64,000 nt of DNA from an uncultured Flavobacteriales bacterium (GCA_964595205.1 CAZQOQ010000015.1:281765-345764), one strand, 5' to 3'; counted from the first letter of the stretch, positions 38,744 through 49,767 are shown. Notes: a model not told the origin generated them from the sequence alone. Program-made: numbers and translations.

Positions 38744-39466
38744 TTAATTCGATTTATGCTGGACTTTTCTCAGCCTGATATTCAGTAATTCCACGATGAG
38801 CGAAAAAGCCATACCGAAATACACGTAGTTCTTTTCGATGTGAATGTGCATTCCTTCTAACACAAGTAATACACCGATTGCGACCAGGAAGACGAGGGCA
38901 AGCATTTTAATGGTTGGATACCTTCCGATAAATTCACTCACATACGGAGCAAAGAGCAGCATGACGAACATGGAGATGACAACCGCTGAAATCATAACAG
39001 GCAAATCCCTGCTTAAGCCAACGGCAGTTAATATTGAATCGAAAGAAAAAATGATATCGATAAAAGTTATCTGAATGATAGCCTGCGTCACGGTGATGCT
39101 GCGGTTTTTGGATATTTGTCCGGGTTCATGTCCTTTAACCTTATGATAAATCTCAACGATCGTTTTGTAGAGCAGGAAGACGCCTCCTGCAAAAAGTATG
39201 AGATCTCTCCCGCTAACTCCGAGGCTTGTGATATAGAATAAAGGCTTGACAAGCCGGACGAGGTAGGAAATTCCCAGCAATAAAAATATCCGGAAAACCA
39301 TGGCCAGCATCAATCCGATAGCCCGTGCTCTTTTCTGTTCTGCTTTCGGAAGATTGGCGCAGATTAAGGCAATGAAAATGATATTATCGATGCCGAGAAT
39401 GATTTCAAGAAAGACCAGTGTCGTCAGGCTGATAATTCCTTCAGTCGAAAAAATGTCTAACAACAT
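38744..39466 (-). CDS. TerC-family integral membrane protein
   Basis: 'LVFLEIILGIDNIIFIAL' and a second 'DSILTAVG' repeat are TerC/Alx hallmarks. 7 TM helices. Confidence 0.75.
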   Translation of the reverse strand: MLLDIFSTEGIISLTTLVFLEIILGIDNIIFIALICANLPKAEQKRARAIGLMLAMVFRIFLLLGISYLVRLVKPLFYITSLGVSGRDLILFAGGVFLLYKTIVEIYHKVKGHEPGQISKNRSITVTQAIIQITFIDIIFSFDSILTAVGLSRDLPVMISAVVISMFVMLLFAPYVSEFIGRYPTIKMLALVFLVAIGVLLVLEGMHIHIEKNYVYFGMAFSLIVELLNIRLRKVQHKSN

Positions 39467-39552
39467 ATATCGGCAATTAAAAGAGTGGTAATCATTAGGT
39501 TAACACTGCCTGCGTTGAATCTAAACAGGCAAGGTCGCGCAAATTTATCACT

Positions 39553-41223
39553 TTATTTATAAACCTTAAGAACTCTTGCAGATGGTTCCTGGATATTTCC
39601 GGACCAATTTGGTAACCAGTAATGTGGGATCACATTCCATTTATCACCGAAGTATTCTCTGAACTTTTTCATGTAATAAAAAGCTTCTTTGGTCGGAGGT
39701 GTGATTAATGGATGAAATTTATTTTTATCTCTTTCGAATTCTTTATCGGTGACTTTCTGGTTGAGATATTCCTGAACCCATTCGAACCATGATTTCTCTT
39801 TTCCGGAAACACCATCAGAGAAGGCCTCCTTCTTTCGCCAGATCACATCCTCAGGCAATACAGGTTTGTTTTTATAGACGTCGGTGAATGCTTTCCTGAT
39901 GAAATATTTTTCCATCTGATTCGGTGTAGGCAATTTCCAGGCAGTAGGAATACCGCGGAAATAATCGACAACTTCCCGGTCGAGAAAAGGAACCCGTGCT
40001 TCCAGTCCATGACAGGAAATCGCGCGATCTACACGCAGGCCGTCAAAGAGGTGGATTTCATCGAGCAACCGGTAATGATCGTTTCGTGCTTCTTCGGCAC
40101 CAGGATTCATGTAGAAATAGAGGTAACCCATTTGCCCTTCGTCAGCACCATCACCGTTGAGAATAACTTTTATATCCGTATTGCCGCTGATGTATTTCCC
40201 GAGAAGGAATTGTCCAACGCTTGCACGAATGGTTGTGATGTCGAATGTCTCGGTAGCGCGAATCACATCGTCGATCACGCTCAGACCTTCCTGCGGAGTG
40301 AAATAGATTACATGATGTTCGATGTTACCATAAAGCTCGTTTACATGTGCTGCAACTTTTCTTGCAAAGACGATGTCTGTTCCTTCTTTCATTCCAATGC
40401 TGAACGAATGAAGTTTTTTTCCGGGGTAATCTTCGGCGAGAATTTTTGCGGCAATGGAACACACAAGACTTGAGTCGAGTCCGCCGGAAAGCAAACATCC
40501 CACAGGCCTGTCGGATATCAGACGCCGACGCACGGCCTTTTCCAAGATACTAACAACTTCGACAGAATCTTTTTCAACGGGAACATCGCTGGTTTTGGTA
40601 GAGATGATTTTTTCCCAATAGGTAGTTGTCTCGGGAGATTGTCCCGGAAGCCATTTCAGAATAGTCTTCTGATCGATTCTTTTCACTTCATCAAACAGGT
40701 TACTGAGTCCGGACAAAAGGCTGCTGAATCCGAAGCTCAGATTATCGGCCGACACAGCATAAAATAACGGCCTAACGCTAAGAGGGTCGGTATTCAGATG
40801 AATGGAAATGAAACGGTCATTTTCAAATTCGATAATTCCAAAGCTGTATTCACCTATCAGTTCCCTGTTCAGTTTTTTTATGTCGTAATTAAATAGTTTA
40901 TAAAGTGGAAGTATGACTGCGCAATCGGAACCGGTTTTACTTACGTTCAGTTTATATTTATCGATGAGTTCGCGGAAGTTGTAAATTTCTCCATTGCAAA
41001 CGAGATAATATGTTTTGTTACCGCTGATGAGATGAAACGGCTGGTCGCCATCGATATCGAGACCGATAATGGCAAGTCTGTGGAAGCCAATAAAACACTT
41101 TCGGTTAAATACGATCAGGCTTCTGTCGGGACCCCGTGATTTAAGCGTTTGAAATGATCCAAAAATATCTGCAGGTGATTTACTTTCCGTTATTTCTCCC
41201 AGCAATCCATATATGCCGCACAT
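39553..41223 (-). CDS. asnB: asparagine synthase (glutamine-hydrolysing)
   Basis: N-terminal nucleophile 'MCGIYG', PP-loop 'SGGLDSS', 556 aa. Confidence 0.9.
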   Translation of the reverse strand: MCGIYGLLGEITESKSPADIFGSFQTLKSRGPDRSLIVFNRKCFIGFHRLAIIGLDIDGDQPFHLISGNKTYYLVCNGEIYNFRELIDKYKLNVSKTGSDCAVILPLYKLFNYDIKKLNRELIGEYSFGIIEFENDRFISIHLNTDPLSVRPLFYAVSADNLSFGFSSLLSGLSNLFDEVKRIDQKTILKWLPGQSPETTTYWEKIISTKTSDVPVEKDSVEVVSILEKAVRRRLISDRPVGCLLSGGLDSSLVCSIAAKILAEDYPGKKLHSFSIGMKEGTDIVFARKVAAHVNELYGNIEHHVIYFTPQEGLSVIDDVIRATETFDITTIRASVGQFLLGKYISGNTDIKVILNGDGADEGQMGYLYFYMNPGAEEARNDHYRLLDEIHLFDGLRVDRAISCHGLEARVPFLDREVVDYFRGIPTAWKLPTPNQMEKYFIRKAFTDVYKNKPVLPEDVIWRKKEAFSDGVSGKEKSWFEWVQEYLNQKVTDKEFERDKNKFHPLITPPTKEAFYYMKKFREYFGDKWNVIPHYWLPNWSGNIQEPSARVLKVYK

Positions 41224-41313
41224 AAATTAATATTAATGAAGGTTAAAATGAATTTTAAAGAATAGTGAATATAGGTTATAAATTTATTTTGTCAAGTATT
41301 AGTTTCGATAAAG

Positions 41314-41387
41314 TCGGGGTGGCCGGATTCGAACCGACGACCTCCAGCACCCCATGCTGGCGCGCTACCAGGCTACGCTACACCCCG
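41314..41387 (-). tRNA. tRNA-Pro (anticodon GGG)
   Basis: The reverse complement folds as a cloverleaf: acceptor CGGGGTG/CACCCCG, D-arm GCGT/GCGC, anticodon stem CCAGC/GCTGG with loop ATGGGGT (anticodon GGG), T-arm GTCGG-TTCGAAT-CCGGC, discriminator A. No encoded CCA. Confidence 0.9.
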
Positions 41388-41769
41388 TAAACTTTATTTT
41401 TAGCAGATAGTTACCCGTCCATCCGTAAAATGGCCGGCTAAGATATAATTTTTAGCTTTTTTAAAAGGGATTTTAAGTGTAAAGTATCGCTGAATAAATT
41501 TATTTCTGGCTTCACAATTCCGGTGATGATGCATCCCCGGGAATTTCTTACGTCAGGTTAAAATTTTTTGAATGGGGAGTATGTGCATTATTGGTGTTTT
41601 TTAATATGATTTCATGATTTTTTTGAGACAGATCATAGCATCATTTAATCAATTCTTACAAATGGACCTGATTGCATGAATTACCCCCCTGCCCTCTTGC
41701 TCCGGATATATTTTAGTGTGTTCAGTAATAGCTCTGGTCATCAACAGGAGTTATTCGAAAAACACAAGT

Positions 41770-44700
41770 ATGAAACACTTTATAACAGGGAAATGGATTT
41801 TTGCCATCGTGTTGGTCGCCGGGTTGATAGTTACGGGCAAAACCTTTGCAAGCCATACGATGGGAGCCGATCTCACGTATGAAAACCTGGGTGGCAATAC
41901 CTATAAGATTACAGTTTCTTTTTATCGCGATTGTATTGGAATTCCGGCGCCGGCAAATCCGTTCGTCACCATCAACTCTTCGTCCTGTGGACAGAGTATG
42001 GGTGTTACCTGTTATCCGCGTCCCGGAACAGGACAGGAAGTGACACCGAGCTGTTCAAGTTCGGTTACTACATGTAATGGTGGTTCATTTACCGGAATCC
42101 AGGAATGGATTTATGACGGTATCGTAACACTTCCGGCCCAGTGCACTGACTGGATCTTTGGTTATTCATTGTGTTGCAGGAATGCAGCGATTACAACCAT
42201 TCATAATCCGAGTACAAACACATTCTATATATATGCCACATTAAATAATACGATCAGCCCGCAGAATTCATCACCGACGTTTTCAAACAAGCCGGTGCCG
42301 TTTCTTTGTCTCGGACAGCAGTTTTGCTTTAATCATGGTGCATATGATGCTGATGGAGATTCATTGGTATATTCTCTCATTACTCCGAAACAGACGATTT
42401 CCACGGATGTGAATTACAGACCGGGTTACAGTGCCTCAAACCCGTTGATCTCATCTCCTGCGACATCATTTAATACTTCCACGGGAGATATCTGCCTCAC
42501 ACCGCAGGCCCTCGAAGTAACGGTAATGGCAGTGTTGGTAAGCGAATACAGAAATGGTGTATTGATTGGAAGCGTTGAAAGAGATTTGCAGTTGACGGTG
42601 ATGAATTGTGCAAACAATCTTCCGTCACTCACCGGAATAAACGGCACAAATAATTTCAGCGTGACAGTTTGTGCAAATCAACAGACCTGCTTTGATATAT
42701 TTTCAAACGATCCGGATGGCGGCCAGCAACTGGAAGTTGATTGGAACTATGGAATTGCCGGCGGTAATTTCACCACTTCTTCAGCGTCGCACCCGGTTGG
42801 TACATTCTGCTGGACTCCATCATCCTCCGACATTGGCAATTCGTATACGTTCACGGCAACTGTAACAGATGATGCCTGTCCGTATAACGGAAGCCAGACT
42901 TACGCTTATACCGTGAATGTAATCGGCATGGATGTAGATGCCGGACCAGACCAGGCAATCGCCTGCAGCGACCTGGCAACAATTACCGCGGTGGCGTCTG
43001 GAGGGTCGGGTACATATACTTATTTATGGAATACGGGCTCAACCATGCAATCAATAACAGTTGGAGCCGGAACTTATGTTGTCACCGCGAGTGATGGTAC
43101 CTGTACAGCCACGGACACCGTAGTTATATCGATGCCATTCATACCGGTTGCAGCATTTACGAACAGCGCACCGGATTGCATTAACTCCCCGATCAGTTTT
43201 ACCGATCAATCGACCACGCCGGGAGGAAGTCTCAATTATTGGTTTTGGTTGTTTGATGATGGGGATTCTTCAAATCTTCAGAATCCTGTTCATCAGTTTC
43301 CGGGACCCGGCACATATAACGTTACACTGATTATTGAGAATACACTCGGATGTCGGGACACGGTGGTAAATCCGCTGGTCATACTGGCATACCCTTCGGC
43401 GGATTTTAACTGGGGACTGACCTGTCAGAACATAGGTGTCACATTCACAGACCAGACAGCACCATCGCCTGCATATTGGACATGGTCATTTGGCGATAGT
43501 ACATTTTCAAATCAACAGTATCCGACACACACTTATGCAGACACAGGTACGTATACTGTTACGTTAATTGCCGGGAACAGTATTGGATGTTATGACACGA
43601 TCAGTTACGACATCGTTATACTTCCATTACCGGTTATCAGTGCAAGTGCAGATCAGACTATTTGCGAAGGTGATTCGGTAACTCTCACTGCAACGGGAGG
43701 AATAAATTATTCATGGACGCCGGGAGGTTATTTTTCCCAGACAATTACAATTGCACCGACCGGTACCACGACTTTAATTGTGACAGGAATGGATGGAGTG
43801 GGTTGTTATACAACTGACACAGTTGATGTGATTGTAAAACCATTACCTCTTGTGAATGCCGGTGCGGACCAGGGGATTTGTTCCGGGAATTCTGCAACAC
43901 TTACCGCAACAGGAGCGATTTCTTATACATGGACGCCTGGAGGTTCAATTTCATCTTCCATTTCCGTGAATCCGGCAACCGCTGCCACTTATACGGTAAC
44001 AGGAACCGGAGCCAATGGTTGCACGGCCTCCGATGAAATAAACATTACCGTCAATCCGATGCCGGTAGCCGATGCTGGTCCGGATCTAATTGCCTGCAAT
44101 GCATCAAATACAATTCTTACTGCATCAGGCGGTACCAGTTATTTGTGGCTGCCGGGCGGCATGACAGGTTCTTCCATTACAGTAAACCCCGCGTCTACCC
44201 AGACTTATGAAGTAACCGTAACGGACGGTAATGGTTGTTCGGCCACTGATTCAGTTACGGTGACGATCAATCAGCGACCGACGGTTTCACTGCAATCATT
44301 CTTCCTCTGTGCAGGTTCAACCGCCACACTGGATGCCGGCAATGCGGGTTCAGATTTCTTATGGAGTAATGGGGACACTACGCAGGTAATCCAGATAAAT
44401 TCAGGCGGCGCCTATTCAGTAACAGTTACAAATAGTTTGGGATGTTCATCTACTGCTTCCTGTACTGTTACCTATGCAGCTACGATAACCATTAATCTTG
44501 GCAATGTGGCATTCTGCCAGGGAGACTCCGTATTGTTGGATGCCGGATATTCCGGAATGACCTATGCATGGACACCTGGTGGTGAGACATCCCAGACGAT
44601 ATACATTAAGAACACAGGATCCTATGGCGTAACGGTTACAGATACTTTGGGCTGCAGCGGGTCAATCAATATTTCAGCTGTTGTTAATCCGCTTCCGGTG

Positions 44701-47700
44701 CCCGATTTCAGTTCGGTTCCGACCTGCCAGGGAAACCAGATGAGTTTTACGGATGGTTCATCCGTATCGTCCGGTACAATCAGCGCATGGTCATGGAATT
44801 TTGGTGATGGAGGAACATCGACCGTGAGAAATCCGAATCACCTCTTTCCTTCAACCGGAAATTATAATGTAACGTTAACTTCCACTACCAATGCAGGATG
44901 TACGTCAACGGTTTCTCACCAGGCAACGGTAAATCCATTACCGGTTGCAGCATTTAATTTCAGCAACAGTTGTCTTGGGAATGCGGTTAATTTCACCGAT
45001 CAGTCGACAGTTTCATCAGGGAACATTGTAGATTACAACTGGAGTTTTGGAGATGCCTCTACTTCTACCCAACAGAACCCTTCGCATTTGTATGCTTCTC
45101 CGGGGAACTATTCAGTGAATCTGACAGTGACGACTGCCGGCGGATGTACACAAACGGTTAATCATACCGTTACTATTCATCCAAAGCCATCGGCTAATTT
45201 TTCGGTTCCTCAGGTTTGTCATGGTAACGCTTCTGTTTTCACCAACAGTTCCTCCATAACTACAGGAAGCATATCCGGAATTTCATGGGACTTCAACGAC
45301 ACGTACACATCAACCCAGAATTCTCCATCGCATACTTATGCTTCATCCGGCACTTACTCAGTGCGGCTGATTGTGACTTCTTCATTCGGATGTTCGGATA
45401 CGATTACAAAATCCGCTGATGTGAATGCTCGTCCGGTCGCAAATGCGGGCGCGAATACATCACTCTGTTCAGGAAACTCTGTTACTCTCTCCGCAACAGG
45501 TGGCGGCACATACAGCTGGACACCGGGCGGTGCAGTTACACAATCCATTTCCGTGTCGCCGGTTTCGAATGCGACTTATACAGTTACCGTCACAAACGCC
45601 AGTGGCTGTACATCGACAGATGATGTGGCGATAGTAGTTAACCCGATTCCGAATGCACAAGCGGGAGCTGACAGGTCGATTTGCAATGGAAGTTCTGTCG
45701 GACTTACCGGAGCGGGCGGCATTAGCTATCTATGGTCGCCGGGAGGAATGACAACAAGCGCCGTTACCGTTAATCCAAATTCGACAACCAGTTATATACT
45801 TACGGTAACGGATGCGAATGGCTGTACGGATAAGGATACGGTCGCCGTTACGGTTTATAATCTGCCGGTGGTTACGGCAACGCCGGACAACAGTATTTGC
45901 AATGGTTCAACGACATCGCTTGTTGCATCAGGAGCTACTTCCTATGTCTGGAGTCCTGTCGGTCTCACAACATCTTCCATACTCGTCACTCCATCTGTAA
46001 CATCAACATATACAGTGGTAGGAACAGGACCGGGTGGTTGTACCTCTTCCGATGTGGTTACGATCACGGTGAATACAGCTCCGGTCGTAAACATTCCTAC
46101 TGCATTTCTGTGTGATGGATTTTCGGTTACCCTGGATGCAGGAAATGCCGGCAGTACATTCGACTGGTCAACCGGCGAAACGACACAAACGATTTCTGTG
46201 ACAGATTCCGGAACTTATTCTGTGATTGTTACAGGTTCTAATGGTTGTCCGGCAATGGGAAATGTTTCGGTTCTGACGGTAGGGACATTTAATACGACAC
46301 CGGTAAATGCTTCAGTCTGCAGCGGGCAGAGTGTGAACCTGGACGCAGGAAATACCGGCAGCACGTATGCATGGTCGACCGGACAAACCACGCAGGTTAT
46401 TTCTGTGAATGCGGCCGGAAATTATACCGTTACGATCACCGACATTTATGGATGCACAGGAACCTTACAGAATTTCGTGAGCCTGGATCCATTACCCGTA
46501 ACCGACTTTACACTCAATTCAGTCTGCCTGGGACTCCCGGTAAGTTTCAATAACACTTCCTCGATCAGCAGCGGTTCCATTTCAAGTGTATTGTGGAATT
46601 TCGGTGATGGTGGCAGCTCAACGAATTCAAACATTCCGTATGTATATGCTTCTTATGGAAACTACACGGTCACTCTAACGGCGACGAGCGACAGGGGCTG
46701 TACTTCAACTGCCACAAAACAGGCTACAGTAAACCCACTGCCGGTTGCAGACTTCAGCACCAGCGTGACCTGTGAAAACGTTGCGGCAGCATTTACAAAC
46801 CAATCGACAATACCTGCGGGTACAATAACTCAATGGGACTGGGATTTTGGCGACGGAACTTTTTCCTCGTCGACAACGCCAACACATGATTATCCGTCTG
46901 CAGGAACATTTACAACATCACTCATTGCAACGAGCAATTTCGGTTGTACGGATACGATAAGCAGGAGTGTGACCATACTTGGACTTCCGGTTGCGTCGTT
47001 TTCGGCGGCAAATGGCTGTGCACAGAGTAATATCAGCCTTGCGAATACTTCGAGTCCGAATGGCACAACGATTTCATCGTATCAATGGAATTTCGGAAAT
47101 GGCAATACATCTACGGCAGCTCAGCCTGTGGTTCAATTCAGTAATCCGGGCACCTTCCAGGTAAGTTTAGTGGCCATATCAACTTCAGGATGCAGGGATA
47201 CAGTCGTTGCTCCGGTCACGGTTTATCCTCTGCCAGTTGCGGCATTCTCTGCTACACCGGTTTGTGTGAACACCTCTGCATCTTACCTGAATAATTCCTC
47301 CATCTCCAGTGGCTCCATTCAAAATTACTACTGGTTGCTTGGCGACAATTCGACTTCTTCGCTCACAAATCCGAATCATACTTATTCGGCAGACGGGAAT
47401 TTCACTGTGAGTCTGATAGCCACGTCTTCCTTTGGGTGCATTGATACGTCTGTTCAGAGCCTGACAATTTATCCGCAGCCGCAGGTGAATGTGACAGGTA
47501 CCGATGTTTGTTATGGGAACAATACAAGCTTTGCGAATAACTCGACAATAGCAAACGGAAGCATTGCGTCCTGGTTATGGATTTTCAACGATGGCAGCAT
47601 TTCAAATCAAAACACGCCTGTCCACCAGTTTGGTTCAACAGGTTCGTATAACGTAAGCGTAACGGCAATATCCGATCACGGATGCCAGTCGAACGGAAGC

Positions 47701-49476
47701 ACGAATGTTAATGTATTCCCTAACCCTGTTGCTGCCTTTGTCACCGCCAATGTTTGCTTCGGAAGCAACACACAGTTGGTAAATCAGTCGTCAGTTACGG
47801 GTGGAGGAAGTCTTTCCAGTTACTGGACATTCAGCGACGGAGGAAGTTCGACAAGCAGCAATCCCGTTCACCTGTTTCCGTCAGCAGGAAATCATAATAT
47901 CACTCTCCAGGTAGTATCACAAAACGGCTGTACGGGCCAGGTTACGAAAGGTCTTGACGTCTATCATTTGCCTGTGGCGAGATTCTCGGCGCCTGATAAT
48001 TGCTCCGGCACCCCGGTCTCATTCACCAATCAGTCCACTTCACAGGACGGACACATCACATCATTCCTTTGGGGATTCGGTGATGGTACGTTTTCATTCG
48101 ACGAGAATCCCGTACATCAATATCCAGATTCGGGTCAGTACAACGTAGATCTCATCACGATAACTTCTTACGGCTGCGCGGGTGAATACAACGATTCAGT
48201 TTCCGTATTCCCGAACCCTGTTGCAAGAATTCAGGCAAACAGCGCTTGCGTGGGTTCGCCGATTTCCTTTGTGGGAACAACTAACCTCAACGGTGGAGTA
48301 AGTTATGCCTGGACCATCAGTAATTCATTTACGACCAGTCAGCCTTCGTTCAGTTATACTTTTAATGCTCCGGGAAACTATAATATTTCACTTGTAGCCA
48401 CTACATCTAACGGCTGCAGCGGAACGCAGTCAGACATGGTTAGCGTTTATCCAAACCCAGTACCTTCGTTCTCGAGTGACGAAGTATGTTACGCCTCACG
48501 CACGACATTCAGCAACCTATCTACGATTCCATCGGGTACAGTGAGCAGCTACTCCTGGAATTTCGGTGATAACCAGCAATCGTCACAAAGTAATCCAACG
48601 CACCTGTATGCTTCGGCAGGAACATATAATGCGGTATTGGCCGTTACTTCCGACAGGGGTTGCACATCCAATATTACCAGGCAGGTTGTAGTACATCCTC
48701 CGCCTGTAGTTAATTTCTCATCAGGAGCTCAGGGCTGTAAACCAGTAAGTGCGACGTTTACAGAAAATTCTTCCATCTCATCAGGAACCATTACGGGCAG
48801 GTTATGGAATTTTGGAGATGGAGATGTATCAACAGATCTGAATCCGACACATGTTTATGATCAAAGCGGTAGTTATGATGTCACGCTCACGGTCGTATCC
48901 GATTTCGGTTGCCAGGCTTCCGCACATCAGTCGGGTATCATCAGGGTGTTCCCGGATCCGGTAGCAGACTTCAGCGCAGACCCAACGGTTGTTGACATAG
49001 AAATGCCGGTCGTGCATTTCCAAAATGAATCGAGCGGATACTCTACCTACCAGTGGGTCTTTGGAGATGGCACTTTTACAACCAGCGAATTAAATCCTAC
49101 ACATACGTTTTCAGATACCGGTACATACCAGGCATTGCTCATCACGATGAATAATTTCGGATGCATGGATTCTATCCTTAAGACGATCGAGGTCAGGCTT
49201 CATTCAACATTGTTCATTGCCAATTGTTTTACACCTAATGGCGATGGTAACAACGACGACTTCAGGCCTTATTATACCAACATGAAAGAAATTAAAGTAT
49301 GGATTTTTGACCGCTGGGGAAAACTGCTTACCTCATGGGATAGCCTGGAAGGATCATGGGATGGTTTCTACCAGGGCAGAAAGTGTCAGTCCGATACCTA
49401 TGTTTATAAAATTGCCGGAACAGGCCTTGACGGTAAACAATCCGAATGGGTCGGGCATGTAAGCATTGTCTACTAA
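41770..49476 (+). CDS. giant (~2570 aa) secreted repeat protein: N-terminal Cys-rich unique domain, ~11 Cys-bracketed Ig-like repeats, ~20 PKD repeats, C-terminal T9SS type-B sorting domain (gliding-motility-associated CTD). Putative adhesin/SprB-like surface protein
   Basis: Signal peptide MKHFITGKWIFAIVLVAGLIVTGKTFA (ATG at 41770; ORF track start is 41716). PKD signatures 'WxFGDG..S...NPxHxY...G.Y.V.L' repeated. Ig-like units 'C.G.S.TL.A.GG..Y.W.PGG...TYTVT.TD.NGC...D.V.V'. The C-terminal 'CFTPNGDGNNDDFRPYY...YVYKI' is the TIGR04131-type CTD. Confidence 0.85.
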   Translation: MKHFITGKWIFAIVLVAGLIVTGKTFASHTMGADLTYENLGGNTYKITVSFYRDCIGIPAPANPFVTINSSSCGQSMGVTCYPRPGTGQEVTPSCSSSVTTCNGGSFTGIQEWIYDGIVTLPAQCTDWIFGYSLCCRNAAITTIHNPSTNTFYIYATLNNTISPQNSSPTFSNKPVPFLCLGQQFCFNHGAYDADGDSLVYSLITPKQTISTDVNYRPGYSASNPLISSPATSFNTSTGDICLTPQALEVTVMAVLVSEYRNGVLIGSVERDLQLTVMNCANNLPSLTGINGTNNFSVTVCANQQTCFDIFSNDPDGGQQLEVDWNYGIAGGNFTTSSASHPVGTFCWTPSSSDIGNSYTFTATVTDDACPYNGSQTYAYTVNVIGMDVDAGPDQAIACSDLATITAVASGGSGTYTYLWNTGSTMQSITVGAGTYVVTASDGTCTATDTVVISMPFIPVAAFTNSAPDCINSPISFTDQSTTPGGSLNYWFWLFDDGDSSNLQNPVHQFPGPGTYNVTLIIENTLGCRDTVVNPLVILAYPSADFNWGLTCQNIGVTFTDQTAPSPAYWTWSFGDSTFSNQQYPTHTYADTGTYTVTLIAGNSIGCYDTISYDIVILPLPVISASADQTICEGDSVTLTATGGINYSWTPGGYFSQTITIAPTGTTTLIVTGMDGVGCYTTDTVDVIVKPLPLVNAGADQGICSGNSATLTATGAISYTWTPGGSISSSISVNPATAATYTVTGTGANGCTASDEINITVNPMPVADAGPDLIACNASNTILTASGGTSYLWLPGGMTGSSITVNPASTQTYEVTVTDGNGCSATDSVTVTINQRPTVSLQSFFLCAGSTATLDAGNAGSDFLWSNGDTTQVIQINSGGAYSVTVTNSLGCSSTASCTVTYAATITINLGNVAFCQGDSVLLDAGYSGMTYAWTPGGETSQTIYIKNTGSYGVTVTDTLGCSGSINISAVVNPLPVPDFSSVPTCQGNQMSFTDGSSVSSGTISAWSWNFGDGGTSTVRNPNHLFPSTGNYNVTLTSTTNAGCTSTVSHQATVNPLPVAAFNFSNSCLGNAVNFTDQSTVSSGNIVDYNWSFGDASTSTQQNPSHLYASPGNYSVNLTVTTAGGCTQTVNHTVTIHPKPSANFSVPQVCHGNASVFTNSSSITTGSISGISWDFNDTYTSTQNSPSHTYASSGTYSVRLIVTSSFGCSDTITKSADVNARPVANAGANTSLCSGNSVTLSATGGGTYSWTPGGAVTQSISVSPVSNATYTVTVTNASGCTSTDDVAIVVNPIPNAQAGADRSICNGSSVGLTGAGGISYLWSPGGMTTSAVTVNPNSTTSYILTVTDANGCTDKDTVAVTVYNLPVVTATPDNSICNGSTTSLVASGATSYVWSPVGLTTSSILVTPSVTSTYTVVGTGPGGCTSSDVVTITVNTAPVVNIPTAFLCDGFSVTLDAGNAGSTFDWSTGETTQTISVTDSGTYSVIVTGSNGCPAMGNVSVLTVGTFNTTPVNASVCSGQSVNLDAGNTGSTYAWSTGQTTQVISVNAAGNYTVTITDIYGCTGTLQNFVSLDPLPVTDFTLNSVCLGLPVSFNNTSSISSGSISSVLWNFGDGGSSTNSNIPYVYASYGNYTVTLTATSDRGCTSTATKQATVNPLPVADFSTSVTCENVAAAFTNQSTIPAGTITQWDWDFGDGTFSSSTTPTHDYPSAGTFTTSLIATSNFGCTDTISRSVTILGLPVASFSAANGCAQSNISLANTSSPNGTTISSYQWNFGNGNTSTAAQPVVQFSNPGTFQVSLVAISTSGCRDTVVAPVTVYPLPVAAFSATPVCVNTSASYLNNSSISSGSIQNYYWLLGDNSTSSLTNPNHTYSADGNFTVSLIATSSFGCIDTSVQSLTIYPQPQVNVTGTDVCYGNNTSFANNSTIANGSIASWLWIFNDGSISNQNTPVHQFGSTGSYNVSVTAISDHGCQSNGSTNVNVFPNPVAAFVTANVCFGSNTQLVNQSSVTGGGSLSSYWTFSDGGSSTSSNPVHLFPSAGNHNITLQVVSQNGCTGQVTKGLDVYHLPVARFSAPDNCSGTPVSFTNQSTSQDGHITSFLWGFGDGTFSFDENPVHQYPDSGQYNVDLITITSYGCAGEYNDSVSVFPNPVARIQANSACVGSPISFVGTTNLNGGVSYAWTISNSFTTSQPSFSYTFNAPGNYNISLVATTSNGCSGTQSDMVSVYPNPVPSFSSDEVCYASRTTFSNLSTIPSGTVSSYSWNFGDNQQSSQSNPTHLYASAGTYNAVLAVTSDRGCTSNITRQVVVHPPPVVNFSSGAQGCKPVSATFTENSSISSGTITGRLWNFGDGDVSTDLNPTHVYDQSGSYDVTLTVVSDFGCQASAHQSGIIRVFPDPVADFSADPTVVDIEMPVVHFQNESSGYSTYQWVFGDGTFTTSELNPTHTFSDTGTYQALLITMNNFGCMDSILKTIEVRLHSTLFIANCFTPNGDGNNDDFRPYYTNMKEIKVWIFDRWGKLLTSWDSLEGSWDGFYQGRKCQSDTYVYKIAGTGLDGKQSEWVGHVSIVY

Positions 49477-49512
49477 AGAAAGTGCGTTTGGCTTTTCATG
49501 GTGCGCAAAGAG

Positions 49513-49550
49513 CCTCCGGTAATTCATTTCACCGGGGGTTCTTTATTTTA
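49513..49550 (+). terminator. probable rho-independent terminator of the giant gene (CCTCCGGT-N10-ACCGGGGG followed by TTCTTTATTTTA)
   Basis: 8-bp stem (one G·U) plus U-rich tail, 37 nt after the stop codon. Confidence 0.45.
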
Positions 49551-49560
49551 AGCAATAGTA

Positions 49561-49767
49561 CTAATTTGAAACAATTTGTTTTTTATTATTCCAGTCAGGA
49601 GGATATACCGTTCGTGTATAAGGCCGCGTTCTCAATAACGACCGCAGGTAAGTGATCTGGTTTGGCTGACCAAATACGGCACGCAGCTTTTTGAAGTTTT
49701 CAAGTAACGTAAGCTGGTTTTCATTCTTTGGAAAGTAATCGGTATAAAAGGAAATTTCCTGCTCCAT
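49561..49767 (-). CDS. small hypothetical ORF (68 aa), doubtful
   Basis: Only non-overlapping ORF in a 940-bp intergenic gap. No motif. Confidence 0.2.
   Translation of the reverse strand: MEQEISFYTDYFPKNENQLTLLENFKKLRAVFGQPNQITYLRSLLRTRPYTRTVYPPDWNNKKQIVSN

Noticed and set aside
41676-41882. 68-aa ORF overlapping the start of the giant gene
   Set aside because: Different frame from, and overlapping, the signal peptide of a 2570-aa gene. Spurious.
42426-49023. About 20 short ORFs (60-73 aa) on both strands inside the giant repeat gene
   Set aside because: All are embedded in a continuous 7.7-kb reading frame with consistent domain periodicity. These are by-products of repetitive GC-rich codons.
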